A stretch of 64,000 bases of DNA. Source: Myxococcales bacterium (lineage in GTDB: Bacteria > Myxococcota > Myxococcia > Myxococcales > JAJYLH01). Both the position numbers and the translations under genes were made by a program. The notes beneath the pieces are model-generated. The model ran no database searches and was not told the DNA's origin. It was given only the letters and a program-made list of their open reading frames with translations. The stretch is from assembly GCA_021787845.1 (NCBI GenBank), contig JAJYLH010000001.1, forward strand, positions 144,452 to 208,451, read 5' to 3'. Positions 38,055-49,800 of the stretch are shown piece after piece. Position 1 is the first letter of the stretch. The number at the start of each line of letters is the position of its first letter.

Positions 38055-40202
38055 GTGCGCCGTCTCGTCTCGATCCTCGCCGCCCTCGCGCTGACCGCTT
38101 GCGCTCCCGGTAAGCAGACGCCCCCGAAGACCCGCACCTACACCTTCCACGCGCTCAGCGGCATCTCGATGGGCGCCATCGGGACGGACTTCCTCGCGGG
38201 GAGCGGCGACAACTGGAAGCGGCTGGACGCCATCGCCGCGATGGGCGGGCCGCTGGACGCGACCTACTTCTTGAGCCGCATCACCCAGCTCCAGATGGGA
38301 GGCTTCTGCCCGTACGCGACGCTCGATGAGGTGGCGCAGCAGGAGGCGGCCGACCCGACCCACAAGGATCGCTTCGACGACCCGAACGACCCGGTGCTCT
38401 CGCAGTGCGACCACCCGGTGCCACCCATCGCTTTCGAGCGGCAGGAGGACTACAACCACTGGGCGTTCACCACCAGCGGCGCCCACTTCAACCGGGACGA
38501 GTACATCGACATCCTCTACGACCTGTCGCTGGCGATGGGAAATCCGCTCTACTACAACCCGGACAGCCCGTTCTTCCCGGTCCCGCAGATGACGAAGGCG
38601 AACTTCAACGAAGACCTCTGCGACCACCCGATCGTGCTGCACGATTTCTTCGACGCGAAGTTCAATCCCGAGGGGAAGTACCCGGTGATCAGCTACTGCG
38701 ACGGGCAGCCGCCGGTGCTCTACTGCGACGATCCGAGCCAGACGCTGGTCGACTATTGCAAGCTGCCGTTCACCGGTCCGCCGACGGTCGCCTCGGGCGA
38801 GGTGCAGTCGCTCGCGGACGCCTACTGCCAGAGCATCGGGGGGACGAAAGCGCTCACGGCGGGCCAGAACGGCAACGAGAACCCGGACCTCTACTACCAA
38901 TGGGAAGGCGTCTTTCGGGCCTGCTACCCGTACACCAATCCGGTCAGCTTCGCGTTGGCGGTGGACTTCAACGGCAACGGCCGGCGCGACTACTTCGAGC
39001 CGGTGATTTCCGAGGAGACCGAGCCGTTTCAGGACGTGGGCACCGACGGCTGCCCGGATGCCGAAGAGGACGGGAAGGGCGGCTGCACCGCGCACAACCA
39101 GACCGGCGACCCGAACCACGACAACTTCGACCCGGTGAAGAACCCGCTCGGCACCGAGGGCGACGGGATCTGGGAGCCGGGCGAGCCGTACCAGGACGTG
39201 GGGCTCGATGGCGTGCCAGGCACCCACGACTACGGCGAGGGGAACGGCAAGTTCGACGTGAGCCCGATGTACGCCCGCTGGATGGCGACCGATTTTCGCC
39301 GCCGGTACCTGGCGAAGGGCTCGCCCTTGCCGGGGCAGATCGACGTCTACGCCGACGGCGGCATCCGCGACGTGTTCAACCTGGGCGTCTCGGCGGAGAT
39401 GATGACGAGCGCGCAACGGGGGCTCCTGCCGGACGTGAGCCATCTGTTCTACCGGTTCACTTCGATTCCACAGGTCGGCGGCGCGCCCTGGCCGAATGGC
39501 GTCTACGACGGCACCAGCGCGGACTACGACGCGATGGGGCAGAATGTCTTCGTCCGCTACGGCGACCCGAACGCGAGCCCCCAAGACATTCGCGGCGGCG
39601 AGGGCGACCACGTCGGCACCTACGGGGAGGTCATCAGCCGGTTCACCACCTACGTCGAATGGCTCAGCCACCACTGGCAGCGGGTCCTGGGACCCGCGAC
39701 GACGCCGAGCTCGCCCCCGCGGCAGTTCTCCGTCACCATCTTTTCCGAGAAGCTCCACGCGCTGCGCAGTTTCGACGTCGCTCTCCCGCCGGGCTACGAC
39801 GATCCCGCCAACAAGGACACCCGCTATCCGGTCGTCTTCCTCCTCCACGGCTACGGGATGGACTCGGCCAACATGTCGAACACCTTCATCGTCATCCAGG
39901 GCCTGATGTCCGCCCGGAAGAACCCGATTCTGCCGATGATTTTCGTCTTCCCCTCGGGACGCTGCTGCTACGTCAGCAAGGCGGACGGGCACAAGGACTG
40001 CCGCGACGACGACGACAACGGCAACGCGCTCTCCGACAATCCCGATTTCGTGCGCGAGTGCCGGACCGGGACCTTCTTCGTCAACCGGGCCGGTTTCGCC
40101 GCCGGCGACAACACCGCCTACGGCGACAGCCTCTTCGAGATCATGGACTACGTCGACCAGCACTACCGGACGCTGAAACCAGAGACGGTGACCGTGAAGT
40201 AG
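38055..40202 (+). CDS. Lipoprotein with alpha/beta-hydrolase (esterase) motifs and thrombospondin-type-3-like Ca-binding Asp-rich repeats
   Basis: GTG at 38055 is 9 nt after AAGGAG. VRRLVSILAALALTAC lipobox. Nucleophile-elbow-like GISMG near the N-terminus. D.NGNG..D / D.D.DG.PD.. repeats at about aa 330-440. The esterase-like strand RYPVVFLLHGYGMD lies near the C-terminus. Confidence 0.55.
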   Translation: MRRLVSILAALALTACAPGKQTPPKTRTYTFHALSGISMGAIGTDFLAGSGDNWKRLDAIAAMGGPLDATYFLSRITQLQMGGFCPYATLDEVAQQEAADPTHKDRFDDPNDPVLSQCDHPVPPIAFERQEDYNHWAFTTSGAHFNRDEYIDILYDLSLAMGNPLYYNPDSPFFPVPQMTKANFNEDLCDHPIVLHDFFDAKFNPEGKYPVISYCDGQPPVLYCDDPSQTLVDYCKLPFTGPPTVASGEVQSLADAYCQSIGGTKALTAGQNGNENPDLYYQWEGVFRACYPYTNPVSFALAVDFNGNGRRDYFEPVISEETEPFQDVGTDGCPDAEEDGKGGCTAHNQTGDPNHDNFDPVKNPLGTEGDGIWEPGEPYQDVGLDGVPGTHDYGEGNGKFDVSPMYARWMATDFRRRYLAKGSPLPGQIDVYADGGIRDVFNLGVSAEMMTSAQRGLLPDVSHLFYRFTSIPQVGGAPWPNGVYDGTSADYDAMGQNVFVRYGDPNASPQDIRGGEGDHVGTYGEVISRFTTYVEWLSHHWQRVLGPATTPSSPPRQFSVTIFSEKLHALRSFDVALPPGYDDPANKDTRYPVVFLLHGYGMDSANMSNTFIVIQGLMSARKNPILPMIFVFPSGRCCYVSKADGHKDCRDDDDNGNALSDNPDFVRECRTGTFFVNRAGFAAGDNTAYGDSLFEIMDYVDQHYRTLKPETVTVK

Positions 40203-40238
40203 CCCGAGCAGGCGGGGGACAAGAGGAGAGCCTCGAAG

Positions 40239-40481
40239 ATGCCGCGTGACGAGTACGCCCTCGACGACGAAGAAGACAAGCGGCCGCGGGTCAAGCGCGA
40301 CGCCTCCGGCTTCTTGAAGCCCACCGACCAGCGCTACGAGTTCGACTGCCCGCAGTGCGAGGCGAACAATCCGTATCCCGACGGCTTCGGCGACGGCGAC
40401 GGCATCGTCTGCCACTACTGCGGGCAGGAGTACCGGGTGATTATCGAGGACGAGGGCCGGCTCAAGCTGAAGGCCGTGTAG
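40239..40481 (+). CDS. Small zinc-ribbon protein (80 aa)
   Basis: ATG is preceded by AGGAGAG. Two CxxC pairs (CPQC ... CHYC) are spaced 22 aa apart. Acidic N-terminus. Confidence 0.55.
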   Translation: MPRDEYALDDEEDKRPRVKRDASGFLKPTDQRYEFDCPQCEANNPYPDGFGDGDGIVCHYCGQEYRVIIEDEGRLKLKAV

Positions 40482-40722
40482 GAGCCCGGCAGCGCAGCCG
40501 GGGGGGGTCGGCGCCGCCGCCGCTGGGCCGAGGCGACCGCGACCGCCGAGGGGAGCGCGCTCGTCCCGCGTCGGGTCGCGGGCCTCCCTGCCGGGATCGG
40601 TCGCCAGGCGTGCTCGCGTGCCGGCACGAGCGTTCGCGCCGACCGGACGCCCGCGCACGCGCTTTCACGCCGATTGAGCTCGCGCCCGCCCGCGGGCCTG
40701 TTTCGAGCGCGCGCTCGCGTGA

Positions 40723-40751
40723 TTGCCTCCCAGCCGACTTTGGCCTAGACT
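40723..40751 (+). promoter_or_regulatory. Putative sigma70-type promoter of the giant gene
   Basis: TTGCCT (40723-40728), a 17-nt spacer, then TAGACT (40746-40751). It lies about 95 nt upstream of ATG 40850. This is a sequence-pattern match only. Confidence 0.3.
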
Positions 40752-40849
40752 GCCGCGGTTTTTCGCAGGCGGGGGACGTGTCCTCGAGCCTGTCGGTGCG
40801 GGGCGGCGACGTGACGCTCGCCAAGCCGTCGCGCGAGAAGCGAGGAACG

Positions 40850-43800
40850 ATGCCGCAAGGGCGCAGCCGCCAGACGGGACCGCTCGCGCTCGCCGCGCTC
40901 GTGCTAGCGGCAGCGCTCCTGCCCCCCCCGGCGCGGGCCATCGTCGAAGGCACGCCCCCGACCTTGATCAAGGCGTACACGGTCGAAGGGGGCTCGACCA
41001 TCATCGGCAACACGGTCCTGGCGTCGGACTGGAAGAACGCCATCTACAACGACATCCCGCTCGATCCGCAGGACACGATTTCCACGCTGACGGTGGCTCC
41101 GCCCGACGCCAAGCTCGTGGGCGCGTACGTCTTCTGGTCCGCCTCGATTCTCGCGAACGATCCCGTGGACAACACGGCCACGTTCTGGATGCCCGACGGC
41201 ACCCAGCAGCCGTCGCTCCTGGCGGACCAGTGCTATTCGGTCAAGCGGCTCCCGATCGGCGACACCGCGGCGTACAAGTGCCGGGCCGACGTGACGAACC
41301 TCTTGAAACGCCACCTGGGGAAGAACGCGGACGGTTCGACGACGTTGAACGGGACCTACAACGTCTCGGATTTCCACGTGGTGGCGGCGGACCCGGCCGC
41401 CTGCGACGCGGGCGATCAACAGAACCCCTGCCAAGCCGCCTTCGGGGGGTGGGCGCTCATCCTGGTGTGGAGCTCGCCCTCGGCGAGCAGCACCAAGAAC
41501 GTCGCCATCTACGATGGTTTCTTGCGGCTGGACGAGATCTGCGGCATCGACACCAGCACCGACCCGGTGAGCTGCGACATGCCGAGCTCCGGCATCTCCC
41601 CGCCGATCACGCTCTCCGGCTTCACGGCCTCCGACACGCATGCGGACGTGTCCGTGTTCGGGCTCGAGGGCGATGCGCTCTTGGGCAATCCGCCGCAGCC
41701 GTGGCCGCAGGTCGCGGACTTCATGGCGTTCAACGGAACCCGGTTGGTGGACGGAACCAATCATCCCAACAACTTCTGGGACAGTCGCATCGAGACCGGA
41801 AACATCACGACGACCTCGTTCAGCGGGGTCGACATCAAGACGGTCGATGGAACGCTCCCGCAGCCGAGCGGGTTCCCGCCGGAGACCACGAGCGTGACGA
41901 TTCAGCCGGGAAGCGGAGACGGCATCCCCGACCCGGGTCCGGACTGGCAGACCGCCGGCGAGGACAACGGCGAGATGTTCTTCGTCGGCGACGTCATGCT
42001 TTCGGTGAACACGTTCGCGCCGAGCTTTCGCAACTCGACGAAGAAGGTGGACAAGACGGTCGCCGCTCCGGCCGACACGCTGACCTACACGATGCACGTC
42101 GAGAACGACGGCACCTGGCCGGCGAACGTGAACGTGACGGACACGCTTCCGGCCGGCGTCACCTACGTCGCCGGCTCGACGGCGATGGACGGCAACCCGG
42201 TTCCCGACTCCGGCGGCACGAGCCAGCTCTTCAGCGGCAACGGCGTCGACGCGGGACAGCTCTGGCCGCTCAACTTTCCGGGTGGCGGAATCAAGCAGTA
42301 CACGGACATCGCGTTCAAGGTCACCGTCAACTCCAATTTCACGAACGGCAGCATCTGCAACACCGGCGACATCGACGCGACCTACACCTTGCTCGGCGGC
42401 GGTCCGACGACGATGCCGCCGATTCCGATCACGACGAACCCCTGCACCTCGGTGCAGAAGCCGGACATCCAGCAGCCGCTGATGACGGCGACGGTGCCGG
42501 GAACGTGGCCGAACGTGCTGCCGGGCGACCGGGTTTCCTACACCATCACCATCGCCAACAACGGCTCGCAGGCCGCCTCGGGGTTGTCGCTCAGCGCCGA
42601 TCTTCCCAAGTATGTCTCCTTGATTCCGAACAGCGTCCAGGTGCCGTATGGCGCGACCAACGCCTCGACCACCACCGGCGGCGCGAACGGGACCGGGAAG
42701 ATCCAGGTCAACAACATCACCATCCCGGGAAACTTCGGCATCACCATCACCTTCGACGTTCAGATCTTCGACGACGCGGCGTTCGCGGCGGCGGGCGGGA
42801 CCGACGGCACCGCGCTGTCGATTCAGGCGCTCTTGTCGGGGCCGAACGTCAATCCCGCCCTCGCCGAGAGCGATGACCCGCAGACGCCCGCGCCGAACGA
42901 CCCGACCACCGTCTTCGTCCGCTTCGGCGTCGACCTCTCGAAGAGCCAGAAGACGGTCACCGGCGACACCAATGGCACCATCGTGCCCGGCAAGACGCTG
43001 ACGTACACCGTGCGGCTGACCAACTCCGGGCAGAAGGGCGCGACCGCGAGCTTGGCGGATCCGCTCTCGTCCTCCTTGACGAACTGCCGGGTGGTTTCCG
43101 GTCCAATCATCTGTGCCAATGGGGCGGTGACCGGGTCGAACATCGTCGTCGGGCCGGGCGCGAGCGTCGACGTGACCTTCGCCGCGGACGTGGTTTCGAA
43201 CGCCGCGGATGGCACCCCAATCAACAACGTCGCGACGCTCTCCGCGGCCGAGCGTCCGGGGGTGACGTGGCAGGCGACCGCGCCGACGGTGACGGTGAAG
43301 AGCCAGGTGGTGCTGGTGTCGACCAAGTCGGTGACCGACCTGAACGGCGGCGCGGTCAGTCCGGGCGACGATTTGCAGTACACGATCACCCTCGAAAACA
43401 CCGGCAATCGCGCGTCCGGCGCCGCGGTGATCAAGGACACGCTCGACCCGAATCTGACCTTCGAATCGGCGAGCGACGGCGGCCAGCTCTCGGCCGGCAT
43501 GGTGCTGTGGAATTCGACCACCACCCCGGCGCTCGCGAGCCTCGTGCCGAACCAGACGGTGACGGTGACGTTCCGCGCCAAGATCAACCAGAACGTCGCG
43601 ACGGGCACGACCATCTCGAACGTGGCGGACTCCGCGACGCCGGAGGCGAGCATCGCGAGCAACACGGCGACGGTGAAGGTCGTCGCGGCGCCCTCGTTCG
43701 TCGGCTCGACCAAGACCGTGACCGACGAGAACGGCGGGTCGACCGTCAAGCCGGGGGACCTCCTCGATTGGAACATCTCGGTCAAGAATACCGGCAAGGC

Positions 43801-46800
43801 GAACGCGACGAACATCGTCGTGACCGATCAAATCGACTCGAACCTGGACATCGTCAACGTGACGCAGGGTGGCACCGCTTCGGGGAACCTCGTCACCTGG
43901 AACCTCGCGAGCCTGGCGGTGGGCGCGACCGCTCCGCCGCTGACGGTGGTGACGCGCGTGCACACGCCGCTCGCGAACGGCACCAAGATTCCGAACCAGG
44001 CGATGATCAAGAGCGCCGAGGCGCCGCAGCCGGTGCCGACCGACGACCCGACGACGCCCGCGCCGAACGACCCGACGGTGGTCACGGTGACCTCGAGCGT
44101 GTCGTTGTCGACCAGCACCAAGACGGTGACCGACAACGACAACACGACCGCCTACGTGCCGGGCGACAAGCTGACCTATCACTTGAGCGTCATCGCCACC
44201 GGCGACGCGCCGGCGCAGAACGTGTCGGTGGTCGACCAGATTCAGCGATGTCTCGATCCGAAGACGGTGGTGCCGGGGAACGGCGGAACCTGGGATGGCA
44301 CGCAAATCCGATGGGATTCGACGACCACTCCCGCGCTGGCGAACGTGGTGCCGGGGACGCCGGTCGACCTGACCTTCAATGCCAACATCACGCTCGGCGT
44401 GCCCGACGGCACCCAGTGCCCGAACCAGGGCTTCCTGACGACGCCGAGCATCGCGACGCAGACGCCGACCGACGACCCCTCGACGCCGGCGCCGGGCGAT
44501 CCGACGGTCATCACCATCACGTCGAAGCCGGTCTTGACGACCAGCACCAAGGTCGTGCAGCTCGTCGACGACAACAACTCGGACGGCACCTACAGCCCGG
44601 GCGACAAGATTCGTTACACGATCACCGTCAACAACAGCGGGAGCGACACCGCGAAGGGCGTGACCCTGCAGGACCCGCTGTCGCCGGACTTGACGGACGC
44701 CGTGCTCTCGAGCGGCGGCGTTCTCTCGGGCAACCAGGCGACCTGGTCGCTCGGGGACATCGCGTCGCGCACGAACAAGGTGGTCACCATCGACGCGATG
44801 ATCGTCAAGCCGCTCGACGACGGAACCATCATCGACAACCAGGGCACCATCACCGCGACCAACGTGGCCGCCCCGGCCGTGACCGACGACCCCTCGACGC
44901 CGGTGTTCGGCGACCCGACCCGCATCGTCCTGAAGAGCGCGCCCAAGCTCTATGTTTCGAAGGTCGCGAAGGACCTGAACGGCGGGCGCATCGAGCCCGG
45001 GGACGCCATCGAGTACACGCTTGCGCTCTCGAACAGCGGCACCGCTGTCGCTCACAACGTCGAGATCACCGACCCGCTCGACCCGAACCTGAGCTTCGTC
45101 TCCGCGAGCGACGGCGGCACCTACGACCCGACCTCGCACACGATTTCGTTCCCCACGCTGGCGACGCTCGACCTGACGACGACCAAGACCTACACCGTGG
45201 ACGTCAAGATCGTGCCGGCCTTGGACAATGGAACGCGCATCGCGAACCAGGCGCAGATCGTCTCCGACGAGGTGAAGACGCCGGTCTTGTCGGACGACCC
45301 GGCGACGCCCGCGGCGAACGATCCGACGATCATCACGGTCATCAGCGCGGCGGACTTGTCGACCTCGACCAAGACCTACACGAACCGCGCCGGCGGCGTC
45401 GTGCGGCCGGGCGACATCGTGGACTACACGATTACGGTCAAGAACACCGGCAACGCTTATGCCCGGCAGCTCCGCATCCAGGATCCCATCGACCCGAGCC
45501 TGGCCGTCCAGCAGCCCATCGACCAGGGCGGGGCGCTGGCCAACGGCACGGTGACCTGGACCCCAACCGACCCCCTCGCGCCAGGCGCGACCGACGCCTT
45601 CGTGCTCTCCGCCAAGGTCGCGCTGCCGCTCGCGAACGGCACCGCCGTCTCCAACCAGGCGCAGCTCTTCGCCCAGGGGCTCGCCTCGCCGTTCGTGACC
45701 GATGACCCGACCACACCCGCGCCCAGCGACCCGACGGTGTTCAAGGTGACGAGCGCGCCGATTCTCGCCGCGACCAAGACCGTCACCGACGTGACCCACA
45801 CCAACGGCGAAGTGCATCCGGGCGACGAGCTCGACTGGAAGATCACGGTCAAGAACACCGGCGACGAGGAGGCGACGAGCGCGGTCCTCACCGACGCGCT
45901 CGACCCGAACCTCGACTTCCTCTCCGCGACAGGCGGCGGCACCTTCGACGCTTCGACGCGGCAGGTGAAGTGGAACGCCGGCACGGTTCACCTCTCGCCG
46001 AACGACACGGTCCTCACGCTGGCGACGCGGGTGAAGCGGCCGCTCGCGAATGGCACGGTGATCTCGAACCAGGGAAGCTTGACGGTAGCGGAGCTGCCCA
46101 CCCCACTCTTGACCGACGACCCCTCGACGCCCGCGCCGAGCGACCCGACCAAGGTGACGGTGGTCGCGCGGCCGGACCTCTCGACGAGCACCAAGGTCGC
46201 CATCGACTTGAACGGCGGCGACCTCGAGCCCACCGACCCCATCGAATACGACATTACGGTCAAGAACACCGGCGACACCGCGGCGACGAACGTCATCGTC
46301 ACCGACGTGGTCGACCCGACGCTGACCAATGTGCAGCCGCTCGACGGCGGGACCTTCGACAGCGCGACGCGGACGGTGACCTGGAAGCTCGCGACGGTGG
46401 ACCTCTCTCCGGCGGGCGACCAGCGGCTGCGCTTCCAGGCTACGGTAGCGCCGCTGCTCCCCAACGGGACCAGGATTGCGAACCAGGCGTTCATCGGGAG
46501 CGATGAGACCGCCCCGGTGCCGACCGACGATCCGGCCACCCCGCAGCCGGCCGACCCGACGGTGGTCACGGTCGTCAGCTCGCCGCAGCTCCAGACCTCG
46601 ACCAAGACCGTCGTCGACAACGACCAGACGAACGGGATGATTCGTCCGGGCGACTCGCTGACCTACACCATCGTCGTCAAGAACACCGGCAACACCTACG
46701 CGACCGACGTGGTGGTCGAGGACCCCATCGACCCGCAGCTCACGAACGTCCAGCCGGACCAGGGCGGCGTGCTCGTCAACGGGGAGGTCCGGTGGGACAA

Positions 46801-49800
46801 GAACAGCGTCGCGGCGTTCGCGAAGCTCGCGCCGGGCGGCAGCGGGGTGACGCTGACCTTCCGCGCCACCATCGCGCCGGCGACCAAGAACGGCGTGACG
46901 ATTCTCAACCAGGCGAACCTGTCCTCGGCGGAAGGCGTGCACGCGGTGACCGACGACCCGACGACGCCCCAGGTCGGCGACCCGACGGCGATCACCACCC
47001 GGTTCCCGGACCTGACGCGGTCGGTGAAGACCGTGCTCGACGAGAACGGTGGCGACGTGGAGCCCGGCGACTGGCTGACCTACACCATCCGCATCACCAA
47101 CGACGGCAACGTCCCGGCGACGAACGTCACCGTCACCGACCCCATCGACCCGAACCTGGTCAGCGTCGCGCCCGGAAACGGCGGGTCCGTCGTCGGCACG
47201 AACGTCGTCTGGAACGCGAGCTCCACACCAGCGCTCTCGCACCTCGACGCTGGCCAGTCGGTGACCCTGACCCTCCGCGGGCAGGTGAAGGCACTGACCA
47301 GGAACGGCACCGTCATCTCGAACCAGGCGAGCATCGACGCGACCGAGCTCAAGACTCCGGTGCTGACCGACGCGGACCTCTCGACGCCGGCGCGCGACCC
47401 GACGACGGTCACGGTGGTGTCGCATCCGACTTTGGATACCTCGACCCTGTCGGTGGTCGACCCGCGCGGCGAGCAGGTGCGGCCCGGCGACCGACTGACG
47501 TACACCCTGACCGTTCACAACACCGGCAACGAGGCGGGCACGCACGCGGTCGTGACGCTCCCGATTCCGCCGCAGCTCACCGACTTGAAGCTCGACACGC
47601 CGGGACAGCTCAGCGGCAACGTCGCGCGGTGGGACGAGACGAACCTGGTCCAGCTCCAGTCGGTGGTGCCGGGAACGGATCCGGTGATGGTGCTGGAAGC
47701 GACCGTCGCCTCGCCGCTCGCGAATGGCACGATCATTTCGATGCAAGGGCAGATCAAGGTCGACGAGCTGCCGCAGCCGGTCTTGACCGACGACCCGTCG
47801 ACGCCGGTCCTGGGCGACCCGACGCTGGTCCATGTCTTCAGCGCGCCGCAGTTCATCCACAGCGAAAAGACGATTACCGACCTGAACCATACGGACTACG
47901 AGCCGGGCGACACCGCGCTCTACGAAATCGATGTGATCAACGACGGCACTGAGCCGTCGACGAACACCATCGTCACCGACACCGTGCCGCCAGGAACGAC
48001 CTATGTGCCCGGTAGCTTCACGCTCAACGGCCAGAAGGTCGACGACCACGGGACCTTCCCGCTGACCAACGGGCTCTTGGTGAAATCGAAGGCGGCGGAC
48101 GCCGGGCCGGGCGTGGTCATCGTCCAGGACGGCCACACGCCCGACGCGGCGGCGGTGATTCAGTTCCGCGTGGTCCTGTCGCGCGACCTCGTGGCGGGCA
48201 CGACCATCTCCAACCAGGCGTCGATCACGAGCGATCAGACGAGCGCCCAATACACCGACGACCCGACGACGCCGATGCAGGGCGACCCGACGGTGGTCGT
48301 GGTGGGCGGCGGCGCTTCCGTCCAGGGCGCGCGGCTGACCTGGAAGCTGGTGCAGGACCAGGGTGAGCCAGGCGTCGTCAACCCGGGCGACGTGGTGGAG
48401 ATGCGCATCGAAGTGCCCAACGACGGCGACGCGCCGATCAGTTGCCTCGTCAGTGACTTGCCGCTCGATCCGCTGTTCCAACCGCAAGGCGACTTGACGC
48501 TGAATGGCGCGACGCTGACCGCGGCGACCGACGGCGACGCCGGCGAGTGGACGACCACCGGAAATGGGACGATGGCGACGGTGCGGCTGGGTCTCATCAA
48601 GCCGCACGGGCTCGACACTTTGACGCTCCAGGCGCAGGCGCGCGCGGGCGCGAACGGGGTGGCCGTCGAGCAGGCGCACATCTACTGCACGGGCTCGATT
48701 TCTCAGTACACGGATTCGGATCCGAGCATCCCCGGCGCGCAGCCGGCGCGCATCCCGGTGTGGGACGGAACCACCAACGCCGCCGAGCTCAAAGGGTCGA
48801 CCAAGATCGTCGAAGACCTGAACGGCGGCGACGTCGAGCCGGGCGACCAGTTGCGCTACCGGCTGACCATCGAGAACGACGGCACCGCGCCAGCGAACAA
48901 CGTCGTGGTGACCGACGTGCTGCCGCAGGGCCTGACCTACGTCGCCGGCAGCGTTCGCGGCGATCCGGGCTTCAGCGTCAATGGACAGGTCAATAGCGGC
49001 ATCTCGACGGTCACCGGTCAGATTGCGAGCCTGCCGGCCGGCCAGCGGATGCAGGCGACGTTCCTCGCGACGGTCGATGCCAAGGCGCCGATTGGAAAGC
49101 CCATCGCCAACACCGCGCAGATCACGCTCGGCCAGGCGCCGCCAATCACCATCGGCCCCGCCACGGTCACCGTCGGCGGCATCACCGGAACCGGAACGGT
49201 CGTCGGAAAGGTCTACGAAGATCTCAACGATTCCGGCGCCTACGACGCGAAGGATTGGGCTGCCAACGGGTTCCAGGTGCAGGCGTACGCCAAGCCGGCG
49301 AGCTCCGGGAGCTCCCCGGCAGCGCCGGTGCTCGTCAAGAGCACCTTCGCGAATTCGACCGGCGACTACGCGATCGTCGACCTGCCGCCGGGCGACTACC
49401 AGCTCGAGTTCCGCGCGCCCGATGGGACGCTCTGGAAGACCGAGGATGTCTCGCAGCTCTCGGCCGGAGAGACGCGCGACGTGGACGCGGTGCTCTTGCC
49501 GACCGGAGTCGTCTACCGATCTTCCGATACGACCGGCGTCTCGGGCGCGCAGATGTTCCTTTTCTACGACGACGACATGGTGGGCAAGGCGCCACCGCCG
49601 TGCGACGAAGACCAGACCGTCATCCAGACCGCGCTCGACCCGGTGGTCGGCGAAACCCTGCCGCGGCGCGTGGGCGCGAAGTGCCTCCTCGACGGCCAGC
49701 AGGGGCAGCACACGCTGGATTCGGGCGCCTACCGCTTCGACTTCCCGAACACGACGACGGCGGTCGATTACCAGCTCTGGGTGGCGCCGCAGACGGTGAC

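Noticed and set aside
37016-38137. The N-terminal extension of the 1205-aa ORF containing leuS
   Set aside because: LeuS starts at GTG 37015 ([15 protein letters not shown]). The extension runs through a nonamer repeat and antisense or out of frame across the DUF4142-like gene.
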